This document shows positions 20,105 to 29,188 of a DNA stretch of 64,000 nt, in pieces. Positions within the stretch are counted from its first letter, which is position 1. Each line of letters begins with the position of its first letter. The translations under genes and the position numbers were made by a program. The notes under the pieces are model-generated. The model was not told the origin of the DNA. It saw only the letters and a list, made by a program, of their open reading frames with translations, and did not search any database. Source of the stretch: an uncultured virus (IMG/VR IMGVR_UViG_3300029305_011943) (lineage: Duplodnaviria > Heunggongvirae > Uroviricota > Caudoviricetes); the IMG/VR virus record IMGVR_UViG_3300029305_011943; one strand, 5' to 3'.

Positions 20105-20404
20105 ATGACAGATGCACAGAAAGAGCAGGTGCGGGCAATGCGGATGCAGGGCATCGGATACCGGCTGATTGCAAAGTCACTGGGCTTGAAGATCAATCAG
20201 GTGCAGTTATTCTGCAAGGCGCACGGTCTAGCTGGAAACGGAGAACTTGCTCGGTTCAACTATCCGATCTGGTGTCGGCAGAACAGCCGCTGCCCGGTGT
20301 GCGGTGCAAAAGTCTTGCAGCCGGAAACCGGCAGACGAAAGCGGTTCTGCTCCGGACGCTGCCGTACAAGATATTACCGAATGAAAAAAGACATGGAGGA
20401 CTGA
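20105..20404 (+). CDS. HTH plus Zn-finger protein (paralogue of 63073-63477)
   Basis: MTDAQKEQVRAMR..GIGYRLIAKSLGL; CPVC...FCSGRC. Confidence 0.8.
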   Translation: MTDAQKEQVRAMRMQGIGYRLIAKSLGLKINQVQLFCKAHGLAGNGELARFNYPIWCRQNSRCPVCGAKVLQPETGRRKRFCSGRCRTRYYRMKKDMED

Positions 20405-20406
20405 AA

Positions 20407-20601
20407 ATGCTTGTAACTGTTTTATGCCTTACTTACATGATGGTCATCATCCTGATCCATGCGATCTGGATAACTTCCATCATCAAGCATGACGGCAAAT
20501 GCCATTACAACGACTGCGGACACTGTCCGTATGACGGCTGGTGTCCGATGCAGGAAGACAGAGCGAAGGAGGCAGCACATGGAACACACAGAAGTGAATA
20601 A
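20407..20601 (+). CDS. Small membrane-anchored Cys-rich protein
   Basis: Hydrophobic N-terminus, CHYNDCGHCPYDGWC; GGAGG RBS. Confidence 0.55.
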   Translation: MLVTVLCLTYMMVIILIHAIWITSIIKHDGKCHYNDCGHCPYDGWCPMQEDRAKEAAHGTHRSE

Positions 20602-20860
20602 GACGAGCTTCCTTCGGGAAGAGCCGATCAGGATACCAGCGGACGATCCGGTGAATCATCCGGCGCACTACACGGCAGGCGGCATCGAGGTCATCGACTT
20701 TCTCGAAGCGTGGAACTTCCCGTTCCATCTTGCGAACGCGATCAAATATATCTGCCGCGCAGGTCGGAAAGATAAGAACAAGACCGCTGAGGACCTTCGC
20801 AAAGCGATCTGGTACATCGAGAGATATATCAAGCATCTCGGCATGGAGGGCAAGATATGA
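20579..20860 (+). CDS. DUF3310 family protein
   Basis: DPVNHPAHY...NAIKYICRAGRK...EDLRKAIWY. Confidence 0.88.
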   Translation: MEHTEVNKTSFLREEPIRIPADDPVNHPAHYTAGGIEVIDFLEAWNFPFHLANAIKYICRAGRKDKNKTAEDLRKAIWYIERYIKHLGMEGKI

Positions 20861-21339
20861 CGCTGACCGAAAAGTTCATCACTGATGCCATTCAGCTTGA
20901 CAGCGGTTCGGAAGTCATGTACGGCAGTGATCAAATCTATGAAATCTATCCATGCCGCTTTCCAACTGTGGAGTTTCAGTTGACAGCAACGGATGCGCTT
21001 GTGGAGGTCGCCGACAGAATTCGCATGGAGAAGGGCTACCTCCCGATGCATCCGAGGGACGGCAGAACGGATGAGGTTGACAATGACGGTTGGTATGATT
21101 TCTATGTCGGCATCAGCAAGCTACCCGGCGACCATCAGCAGTGTCAGCTTGACAGCAGCATCAGCTTTGTGGTGGTCAATTCGGATTCTGATGACAACGA
21201 GGATATGTACACGATTGACCTGACGGAATCCGAAAAGGAATGTGTATTTGATATTCTGAACCGACAGTGCCGGAGGTATCACGGCAAGGACTGTGCTGCA
21301 CTTCTGACAGAAGCCGAAGCGGAGATGACGGACGACTGA
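20857..21339 (+). CDS. Hypothetical acidic protein
   Basis: ORF with ATGA overlap and GGAGG RBS. Confidence 0.65.
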   Translation: MTLTEKFITDAIQLDSGSEVMYGSDQIYEIYPCRFPTVEFQLTATDALVEVADRIRMEKGYLPMHPRDGRTDEVDNDGWYDFYVGISKLPGDHQQCQLDSSISFVVVNSDSDDNEDMYTIDLTESEKECVFDILNRQCRRYHGKDCAALLTEAEAEMTDD

Positions 21340-21343
21340 GTTC

Positions 21344-21543
21344 CTGCGGACAAGGTGTATCACAGGCAGAGAGACGGCAGGAGCTGTCAGGCAGGCATCG
21401 TGAATGTCCTGCTGTGGGTGATGACGGATGCGTTTATCCGTGCGGATGCATTCCCGAACCCATACGGAGGTTTCGTGTAAGCCTCGGCACGGATAGGCAA
21501 TGTGATACAGCCGAACAAAAACACGGCAACACTTTGTCCGCAG
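21344..21543 (+). ncRNA. Candidate structured RNA in the nrdD leader
   Basis: Nested stems 21344-21358/21529-21543, 21357-21364/21501-21508, 21435-21443/21487-21495, plus several hairpins. Confidence 0.55.
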
Positions 21544-21565
21544 TAAACTTTGGGAGGGCGATAAC

Positions 21566-23713
21566 TTGAAAATAATCAAGCGGAACGGATGTGAAGTTCC
21601 TTATGATTGCGAAAAGATAAGAGCCGCGATCACGGCGGCAAACGATGAGATGGATTCCGGTGACAGAATTACAGATACGGTGATCGGTTTTATCACCGGC
21701 AAAGTCGAACAGCGGTGTGAGGCACTTGCGCGACCTGTCCATGTCGAAGAAGTCCAGGACATGGTACTCGATGAACTTGACAAGGCCGAGGCTTACAAAC
21801 TTGCACGGCATTACAGCGAATACAGACTTCTGCATGAACAGCAGCGCAGGATGAACACCACGGACGGCAAGATCCTGAGCCTGCTCGAACGCAACAACGA
21901 GGAGGCAAAGCAGGAAAACGCCAATAAGAACCCGATCATTAACAGCACGCTCCGGGACTATATGGCAGGCGAAGTCAGCAGAGACATCTGCCGCCGTTTT
22001 TTGTTTCCTGCGGATGTAATTGCTGCCCACGATGAAGGCATCATTCATGTACACGATCTGGACTACATCGCAGAGCCGATGCACAACTGCTGTCTGGTCA
22101 ATCTGGAGGATATGCTTCAGAATGGTACAGTCGTATCCGGTACAATGATTGAAAAGCCCCACAGCTTTTCCACTGCCTGCAATATCGCAACGCAGATCAT
22201 TGCACAGGTCGCATCCAACCAGTACGGCGGTCAGACGATTAGTCTGGCGCACCTTGCACCTTTTGTTAATGTCAGCAGACAGAAAATACAGGCAGAGGTG
22301 TTCGAGGATGTGAACTGCGACTGCGGCGCAAAGCTGTCGGCGGAAGAACTCGACCACATCGTTGAAAAGCGTGTGCGCCGGGAAGTCAAGAGAGGCGTGC
22401 AGACGATACAGTATCAGATAAACACACTGCTCACGACCAATGGGCAGACGCCGTTCGTGACTGTATTTATGTATCTGGACGAGGTGCCTGAAGGACAAAC
22501 CAGAGATGACCTTGCACTCATCATTGAGGAAACGCTGCTTCAGCGTATCGAGGGTGTCAAAAACGAAAAGGGTGTCTGGATCACACCGGCATTCCCGAAG
22601 TTGATCTATGTTCTCGATGAGGACAACATCCAGCCCGGCTCCAAATATTACTACCTCACCGAGCTTGCCGCAAAGTGTACGGCAAAGCGTATGGTACCCG
22701 ACTATATCTCCGCAAAGGTAATGCGAAAGCTTAAGGGTGATGTGTATGCTTGCATGGGCTGCCGGTCTTTCCTGACACCTTCTGCCGACCATAAGTATTA
22801 CGGTCGTTTCAATCAGGGTGTCGTTACGATTAACCTTGTGGATGTTGCTTGCAGCGCAGGCGGAGATGAAGAGAAGTTCTGGCAGCTTCTGGATGAACGC
22901 TGTGGACTTTGCCGCAAGGCACTCATGTGCCGGCACGACCGCCTGAAAGGAACGCCGGCCGATGTTGCACCGATCCTCTGGCAGTACGGAGCATTGGCAA
23001 GGCTGAAGAACGGCGAGGTCATTGATGACTTGCTGTATAACAATTACAGCACCATCTCCCTCGGCTATGCAGGTATTGCAGAGATGACCTACCGCATGAC
23101 TGGCTGTTCGCATACGGAACCTGATGGTAAGGCTTTCGCTCTGGCGGTCATGAGATTCCTCAATGACAAGTGCGCGAAATGGAGAGCCGAAACCAATATC
23201 AGCTTTTCACTGTACGGCACGCCGATGGAGAGCGTAACCTATAAATTCTCGCAGTGTCTGCAAAGACGCCACGGCATCATTCCGCATGTGACGGATAAGA
23301 ACTACATCACGAATTCTTATCATGTCCATGTGACCGAGCCGATTGATGCATTCAGCAAGCTGACCGTTGAGGCAGAGTTTCAGGCGCTTTCTCCCGGCGG
23401 TGCAATCAGTTATGTCGAGGTGCCGAATCTTCAGAACAATATCCCTGCGGTACTCGCTTTGATGCGACATATCTACGAAACGATCCTGTATGCGGAGCTG
23501 AATACGAAATCCGATTACTGTCAAGCTTGCGGCTATGACGGAGAGATACAGATCGCCGAAGAGGACGGCAAGCTGATATGGGAATGCCCGAACTGCGGCA
23601 ACCGCGATCAGCGCACTCTGAATGTCTGCCGCCGCACCTGTGGATATCTCGGAACGCAGTTTTGGAATCAGGGACGAACCGCCGAGATCAAGGATCGGGT
23701 GATGCACCTGTGA
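21566..23713 (+). CDS. nrdD: Anaerobic (class III) ribonucleoside-triphosphate reductase
   Basis: ATP-cone MKIIKRNG; HNCCL; MGCRSFL; CQACG/CPNCG Zn site; glycyl-radical RTCGYLG. Confidence 0.96.
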   Translation: MKIIKRNGCEVPYDCEKIRAAITAANDEMDSGDRITDTVIGFITGKVEQRCEALARPVHVEEVQDMVLDELDKAEAYKLARHYSEYRLLHEQQRRMNTTDGKILSLLERNNEEAKQENANKNPIINSTLRDYMAGEVSRDICRRFLFPADVIAAHDEGIIHVHDLDYIAEPMHNCCLVNLEDMLQNGTVVSGTMIEKPHSFSTACNIATQIIAQVASNQYGGQTISLAHLAPFVNVSRQKIQAEVFEDVNCDCGAKLSAEELDHIVEKRVRREVKRGVQTIQYQINTLLTTNGQTPFVTVFMYLDEVPEGQTRDDLALIIEETLLQRIEGVKNEKGVWITPAFPKLIYVLDEDNIQPGSKYYYLTELAAKCTAKRMVPDYISAKVMRKLKGDVYACMGCRSFLTPSADHKYYGRFNQGVVTINLVDVACSAGGDEEKFWQLLDERCGLCRKALMCRHDRLKGTPADVAPILWQYGALARLKNGEVIDDLLYNNYSTISLGYAGIAEMTYRMTGCSHTEPDGKAFALAVMRFLNDKCAKWRAETNISFSLYGTPMESVTYKFSQCLQRRHGIIPHVTDKNYITNSYHVHVTEPIDAFSKLTVEAEFQALSPGGAISYVEVPNLQNNIPAVLALMRHIYETILYAELNTKSDYCQACGYDGEIQIAEEDGKLIWECPNCGNRDQRTLNVCRRTCGYLGTQFWNQGRTAEIKDRVMHL

Positions 23714-24177
23714 ATTACTGCGGTCTGAACAGAAATGATATCGCCAACGGTGATGGTGTGCGTGTGTCGCTGTTCGTGTCCGGATGCCGGAATCACTGCA
23801 TCGGCTGCCATAATCCCGAAACATGGGATTTCAGCTACGGTCAGCCGTTCACAAAAGAAACAGAAGATGAGATCATCGAAGCCCTGCGTCCGTCATGGAT
23901 ACAGGGCATTTCCATACTCGGCGGTGAGCCGTGCGAGGAGGAAAACGAAAAGGCACTCCTGCCGCTGCTCCGGCGAATCAAGCAAGAGTCTCCGAATTCG
24001 GACACTTGGCTGTATACCGGATACACCTACGAGCAACTGGAAGGCAGAGAGATTCTCCGCTATGTTGATGTACTTGTTGACGGTCCGTTTCTGCTGGAAC
24101 AGAAAGATATCTCCCTCGCTTTCCGCGGAAGTCGGAATCAGCGGATACTAAGACTCAAGGGAGGAAAGCCGATATGA
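23710..24177 (+). CDS. nrdG: Anaerobic RNR activating radical-SAM protein
   Basis: DIANGDGVRVSLFVSGCRNHCIGCHNP; LGGEP; VDVLVDG. Confidence 0.93.
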   Translation: MNYCGLNRNDIANGDGVRVSLFVSGCRNHCIGCHNPETWDFSYGQPFTKETEDEIIEALRPSWIQGISILGGEPCEEENEKALLPLLRRIKQESPNSDTWLYTGYTYEQLEGREILRYVDVLVDGPFLLEQKDISLAFRGSRNQRILRLKGGKPI

Positions 24178-24473
24178 CAAAACAGAATATACGCTGCGAT
24201 GCCTGCGGCTGTGCCTTTGTTCCAGAGCCGAAAACGCAGCGTGAGGGCGAGATCGAATACAGCTACTTCAACTGCAACTACTGCGGTAAGGCGTATATGG
24301 TGTCTGTGACCGATGCGGCACTTCGCCGGAGCATCCGCAAATACCGGACGCTTTCCGAAAAGCTGAAAGGCAAGCCCGTGACAGAGCAGACGCTCCGTGA
24401 AGTAACGGCACTGAAGGATGCGAACGCAAAAAGAGCCGCAGAGCTGCGGCAGATGTATATACGGGAGGAATGA
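24174..24473 (+). CDS. Zn-ribbon hypothetical protein
   Basis: CDAC...CNYC; translationally coupled ORF. Confidence 0.65.
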   Translation: MTKQNIRCDACGCAFVPEPKTQREGEIEYSYFNCNYCGKAYMVSVTDAALRRSIRKYRTLSEKLKGKPVTEQTLREVTALKDANAKRAAELRQMYIREE

Positions 24474-24474
24474 A

Positions 24475-25746
24475 ATGAAAACAGCAGAACTTCGCATGAT
24501 CCCTGTCTCTGAGCTGAAGCCCGCGGAATACAACCCGCGTAAAAAGCTGAAGCCCGGAGACAAGGAATACGAAAAAATCAAAAACAGCATTGACGAATTC
24601 GGATTTGCCGATCCTCTTGTGGTCAATGCTGACATGACCATCATCGGCGGTCATCAGCGACTGACCGTAGCAATGGCTCTCGGCTACACGGAAGTACCGT
24701 GTGCGGTGGTAGACATCGACAAGGTGCGTGAGAAAGCTCTGAACATCGCCCTGAATAAAATTACAGGTGCATGGGACGAGAACCTTCTCGCTGAACTTCT
24801 GGAGGACATCCAGAACAGCGATTTCGACCTCGGCAAAACAGGCTTTGACCCGCCTGAGATCGAGCAGCTTTTCAATGCGGTGCATGACAAAAAGGTCTCC
24901 GAGGATAACTTCGATATCGAGGAGGAGCTTCAGAAGTCGACCTTCTCCAAACCGGGGGACATCTGGATTCTCGGCAGGCACAGAGTCATCTGCGGCGACA
25001 GTACAGTGGCAGAGACATACACAAAGCTTATGGACGGACAGAAAGCAAATCTGGTATTGACCGACCCGCCGTACAATGTGGATGTGGAGGAAACCGCCGG
25101 CAAGATCATGAACGACAACATGAGCGATTCGGATTTCTACAACTTCCTGCTTTCCGCCTATCAGTGTATGTATGACAGTCTTGCCGATGATGGCAGCATC
25201 TATGTCTGGCACGCCGACACCGAGGGGCTCAATTTCCGCAAGGCATTCAAGGACGCAGGTTTCCAGCTCTCCGGCTGCTGTATCTGGAAGAAAAATTCTC
25301 TCGTGCTGGGACGCAGCCCTTATCAGTGGATTCACGAGCCGTGTCTGTTCGGCTGGAAGCAGAAGGGCAAGCACCAGTGGTATGCCGACCGAAAACAGAC
25401 GACCGTCTGGGAATATGACAAGCCGAAAAGCAGTCCCGATCATCCGACCACAAAGCCCATACCGCTGATGGCATATCCGATCAAGAACAGCACCATGACA
25501 AACGGCATCGTGCTCGATCCGTTCCTCGGCTCCGGCTCTACGCTGGTCGCTTGCTGCGAAACTGACCGTGTCTGCCGAGGTATCGAGCTTGACCCGAAAT
25601 TCGTGGATGTCATTGTGAAGCGGTATCTTGCTTGGTGTCAGGAAAAGCAGACTGCCGAGGTCGCATATGTACTCCGTGACGGACAGAAGCTGTCATACGA
25701 GGAAGCGGTCGCAGCAATGCCACAGGACGGTGATGCTGTTGAGTGA
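24475..25746 (+). CDS. ParB-like N-terminal domain plus N6A/N4C DNA methyltransferase
   Basis: YNPR...IIGGHQR; TDPPYN; HPTTKP; LDPFLGSGST. Confidence 0.92.
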   Translation: MKTAELRMIPVSELKPAEYNPRKKLKPGDKEYEKIKNSIDEFGFADPLVVNADMTIIGGHQRLTVAMALGYTEVPCAVVDIDKVREKALNIALNKITGAWDENLLAELLEDIQNSDFDLGKTGFDPPEIEQLFNAVHDKKVSEDNFDIEEELQKSTFSKPGDIWILGRHRVICGDSTVAETYTKLMDGQKANLVLTDPPYNVDVEETAGKIMNDNMSDSDFYNFLLSAYQCMYDSLADDGSIYVWHADTEGLNFRKAFKDAGFQLSGCCIWKKNSLVLGRSPYQWIHEPCLFGWKQKGKHQWYADRKQTTVWEYDKPKSSPDHPTTKPIPLMAYPIKNSTMTNGIVLDPFLGSGSTLVACCETDRVCRGIELDPKFVDVIVKRYLAWCQEKQTAEVAYVLRDGQKLSYEEAVAAMPQDGDAVE

Positions 25747-26506
25747 AGTGAAATGCGTTCTCATACACGATAATTTCCAGAATTACAAGGGCTACAGCAT
25801 TCCGAGGGCGCAGCTTGTCATTGCGGATATCCCGTATAACATCGGCGGCGACTTTTACGCCAGCCGTCCCGACTGGTATGTGGACGGAGACAATCAGAAC
25901 GGTGAAAGCAGCAAGGCTCATAAGGCAGCCTTCCATACGGATTACAGTTTTAACATTGCTGAGTATTTCGCTTTCTGTAACCGACTGCTCAAAAAAGAGC
26001 CGTCCAAGGGAGAAAAGGATGCTCCTTGCATGGTCGTGTTTTGTGCATTCCAGCAGGTTCCGGAGGTTATCCGGCAGGCAGAGAAATACGGCTTTAAGCA
26101 CTACCAGTTTTTGTGCTTTATGAAGAATTACAGTCCGCAGGTGCTGAAGGCAAATATGAGGATCGTGGGTGCTACCGAATATGCACTGGTGCTGTATCGG
26201 GGTAAGCTGCCGAAGTTCCGCAACACCGATGCGGACGGCAAGCGGCATATGATCTTCGATCACTTCGACTGGTTGCGTGACGGCAAAAATATCCCGAAAA
26301 TACATCCGAGCCAGAAGCCGGTGAATCTGCTGAAACGCCTCATTGGGATATTTACCGATGAGGGTGATGTTGTCATCGACCCCTGCGCCGGAAGCGGCAG
26401 TACGCTGCGCGCGGCACGGGAGCTTGGCAGACACAGCTACGGCTTTGAGGTCAGCAGGGATTTCTATACCAAAGCCTGTGAGCAGATGCTCGGAGGTGCG
26501 GGATGA
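25733..26506 (+). CDS. N6A/N4C DNA methyltransferase (beta class)
   Basis: ADIPYN; HPSQKP; IDPCAGSGST. Confidence 0.9.
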   Translation: MLLSEVKCVLIHDNFQNYKGYSIPRAQLVIADIPYNIGGDFYASRPDWYVDGDNQNGESSKAHKAAFHTDYSFNIAEYFAFCNRLLKKEPSKGEKDAPCMVVFCAFQQVPEVIRQAEKYGFKHYQFLCFMKNYSPQVLKANMRIVGATEYALVLYRGKLPKFRNTDADGKRHMIFDHFDWLRDGKNIPKIHPSQKPVNLLKRLIGIFTDEGDVVIDPCAGSGSTLRAARELGRHSYGFEVSRDFYTKACEQMLGGAG

Positions 26507-26718
26507 CAAAACGGGAATGCGCAATCGTGACAGCATACACAGGTTTCTCCATGCTAAAGGGTAATGACCTCGGTCATCTGTACCGATATTTGTCGGGATT
26601 CATAGGCAGACCTGTGTATTCGCATGAGATTCCTGCGGTGGCGGAAGCATACAAAGATAAGATCAAAGAAGATTTCCTTGCCTTGTGCAGGGACGCAAAG
26701 GAGGCGGATGATGGATAA
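26503..26718 (+). CDS. Hypothetical protein
   Basis: Coupled 71-aa ORF with GGAGG RBS. Confidence 0.65.
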   Translation: MTKRECAIVTAYTGFSMLKGNDLGHLYRYLSGFIGRPVYSHEIPAVAEAYKDKIKEDFLALCRDAKEADDG

Positions 26719-29014
26719 AAAACAGTTGACGCTCGGGAGCCTGTTTGACGGATCGGGCGGCTTTCCCCTCGGCGGCATCCTTGCAGGGATCGAGCCGAAG
26801 TGGAGCAGCGAGATCGAACCGTTCCCGATTCTGGTAACGCACAGACGGCTTCCGGGCGTGAAGCATTACGGTGATGTGAGTAAGCTGAACGGTGCAGAGC
26901 TGCCGCCGGTGGATATCATCACATTCGGCAGCCCGTGTCAGGACCTGTCTATCGCAGGCAAGCGTGCAGGCATCCATGACGGAGACCGTTCAAACCTGTT
27001 CTTTCAGGCAATCCGCATCATCAGAGAAATGAGGGATGCAACAAATGGAGAATATCCGCGATACTGCATCTGGGAAAACGTCCCCGGTGCTTTCTCATCC
27101 AACGGAGGAAACGACTTCAAAGCTGTCCTCGAAGCAGTTATCGGAGTTAAAGAAAAAGGGATCGAGGTGCCTGCGCCTGCGAATCACAGATGGGCAAAAT
27201 CAGACGTATTTCTGGGAGACGGATGGAGCGTGGCTTACCGAGTTTTCGATGCTCAATACTGGGGTGTGCCCCAGCGAAGAGCAAGAATCTACCTTGTCGC
27301 AGATTTTGCTGGCGGAAGTGCCGGAGAAATATTATTTAAGTCCGAAGGCGTGTCTGGGTATACTCCGCAGGGCTTCCGTTCGTGGCAAGGAGCTGCCGGA
27401 GGTGCTGCGAAAAGCACTGGAGAGACAGGCGGGCGGTCTGACGCTGGAGGTGGAACCCTCTGCGTAAACTGTCAGGGTACGGCGGGTGTCGGTATAACAG
27501 AAGATAAGGCACTGGCACTTGTCGCACAGGATCACGGGAATCATCCTGCCGTTCTTGCCGCAGGTTTTTCCACGGAACATAGTGCAAAAGCACGAAGCAT
27601 CGGCTATGAGGAGGAAGTATCTCCTACACTGAGAGCCGGTGTCGTTCCTGCAGCAATGGAGCTTCAGAGCTATCCGGTTGAAAATCATCCCGCAGATTCG
27701 AGAGTTAAAGTACGTGAGGACGGAAAGTGTCAGGGGCTTACAGGCAGAATGGGAACAGGCGGCGGAAACGTACCGCTTGTAGCAGAACCGATTACGCTAA
27801 AAATCCGCAGTGGTGGTGGAAATGGTGGGAAGGGTGCTATCTGGCAGACCGATAAATCCGCAACTCTTGCAACCAATAATGACCAGACGCTTTTTCAGCC
27901 GGAGGTCAAGGCTTTCGGTGTATGCAGCAAGCACTCCAATGCGATGATGTCGGACAATCCGCACAGTGGATTCTATGAAGCGACTACAAGCAGAACGCTC
28001 GACCAGAGCGGCGGCAATTCCGTCACATCGAATCAGGGCGGCATCTGCGTGGTTGCTCCTGCACCGGAGACATTCGATGTACGTTTCACATCGGACGGAA
28101 CAAAAAACGCAAGAGGTCACTGCTACCAGACGGAGATCTCCCGATGCCTCGACACGAGCGAGGCAAATCCGGACAGCAATCACGGCGGTGTCGCTGTTGT
28201 TGCTCTTGAACCGGGTGCTGCATCGAGAGTCGGCGGTCACATCTACAGTGACGGCAAAAGCGGTACGCTTCGTGCAAATGCCGGAGATAATCAACAGGCT
28301 GTCGTAATGCCAGAAGCATTCTCCCTGCAAGGTTCGATGATCGGCAGAGCCGACAAGAACGGTCCGCAGGGTGACGGCATCAATGAGGGTGTCTGCTTTA
28401 CGCTCAATGCCACAGATCATCATGCGGTCGCAGCACCGGCAGAAGCTATCGCCATTTCCCGCGACAATCACTTCTCCGTTTCGGAAGGAGTGGCCGGGGC
28501 AGCGGTGGCAAGAGGACCTGCTTCCGTGGCCGTTCCCGAAGCAGACCACTACAGCACAAGCAAAAACTCGCATCATACGGTAGCCGCACACGAGCAGGCA
28601 AATACGCTGGTCGCTTCCGATTGGAAAGACCCGCCGCTTGTGAATGACCTGCCGAATGACAAGCCGGTGTATATCGTGCGCCGGCTGACTCCAGTGGAGT
28701 GTGCCCGTTTGCAGGGATTCCCGGACTGGTGGTGCGCCGACCTTGCCGATACAGACCCTTCCGATGAGGAAATCGCTTTCTGGACGGAGGTCTGGGAGAC
28801 ATGGCGGCAGCTCACCAATCCCAAGGGCAAGCCGAAAACCGAGAAGCAGATCCGCAAATGGCTGGCTGATCCGTACACGGATTCGGCAGAATACAAGCTA
28901 TGGGGTAACGGTATCTCCCTGCCGATTCCTTACTTTATCCTATCCGGCATTGCATGGGCAGCACAGATTTGCGAGCCTCATGCAGCAAATTGTGAACAGA
29001 CTGATACTATGTAA
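26711..29014 (+). CDS. C5 cytosine DNA methyltransferase with a very long repetitive variable region
   Basis: SLFDGSGG, FGSPCQD, WENVPG, PQRRARIY, RRLTPVECARLQGFPD, KLWGNG. Confidence 0.93.
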   Translation: MDKKQLTLGSLFDGSGGFPLGGILAGIEPKWSSEIEPFPILVTHRRLPGVKHYGDVSKLNGAELPPVDIITFGSPCQDLSIAGKRAGIHDGDRSNLFFQAIRIIREMRDATNGEYPRYCIWENVPGAFSSNGGNDFKAVLEAVIGVKEKGIEVPAPANHRWAKSDVFLGDGWSVAYRVFDAQYWGVPQRRARIYLVADFAGGSAGEILFKSEGVSGYTPQGFRSWQGAAGGAAKSTGETGGRSDAGGGTLCVNCQGTAGVGITEDKALALVAQDHGNHPAVLAAGFSTEHSAKARSIGYEEEVSPTLRAGVVPAAMELQSYPVENHPADSRVKVREDGKCQGLTGRMGTGGGNVPLVAEPITLKIRSGGGNGGKGAIWQTDKSATLATNNDQTLFQPEVKAFGVCSKHSNAMMSDNPHSGFYEATTSRTLDQSGGNSVTSNQGGICVVAPAPETFDVRFTSDGTKNARGHCYQTEISRCLDTSEANPDSNHGGVAVVALEPGAASRVGGHIYSDGKSGTLRANAGDNQQAVVMPEAFSLQGSMIGRADKNGPQGDGINEGVCFTLNATDHHAVAAPAEAIAISRDNHFSVSEGVAGAAVARGPASVAVPEADHYSTSKNSHHTVAAHEQANTLVASDWKDPPLVNDLPNDKPVYIVRRLTPVECARLQGFPDWWCADLADTDPSDEEIAFWTEVWETWRQLTNPKGKPKTEKQIRKWLADPYTDSAEYKLWGNGISLPIPYFILSGIAWAAQICEPHAANCEQTDTM
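27045..27467 (+). CDS. Out-of-frame nested ORF resembling the beta polypeptide of M.EcoHK31I-type methyltransferases
   Basis: Open alternative frame with GAGGG 9 nt before ATG; STLSQIL...YYLSPKACLGILRRA..RGKELP. Confidence 0.6.
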   Translation: MENIRDTASGKTSPVLSHPTEETTSKLSSKQLSELKKKGSRCLRLRITDGQNQTYFWETDGAWLTEFSMLNTGVCPSEEQESTLSQILLAEVPEKYYLSPKACLGILRRASVRGKELPEVLRKALERQAGGLTLEVEPSA

Positions 29015-29188
29015 GCTGTTCTTCGGAGGGTATCCGTGATATGCACAAACATAGCCGGATATCTTCCCTGTACATTCTCCGTTTTACAGTCTTGCATTCC
29101 GGGGCAAAAGACGGTAATATGTGACTACGAAAACGCCGCAGCCCAACGCACAAGGCTGAGGGGCGGCAGTAAAAACGGAGGTTATAAT

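Noticed and set aside
21267..21569. 100-aa ORF upstream of nrdD
   Set aside because: No RBS or recognisable motif. Extensive base-pairing explains the region better.
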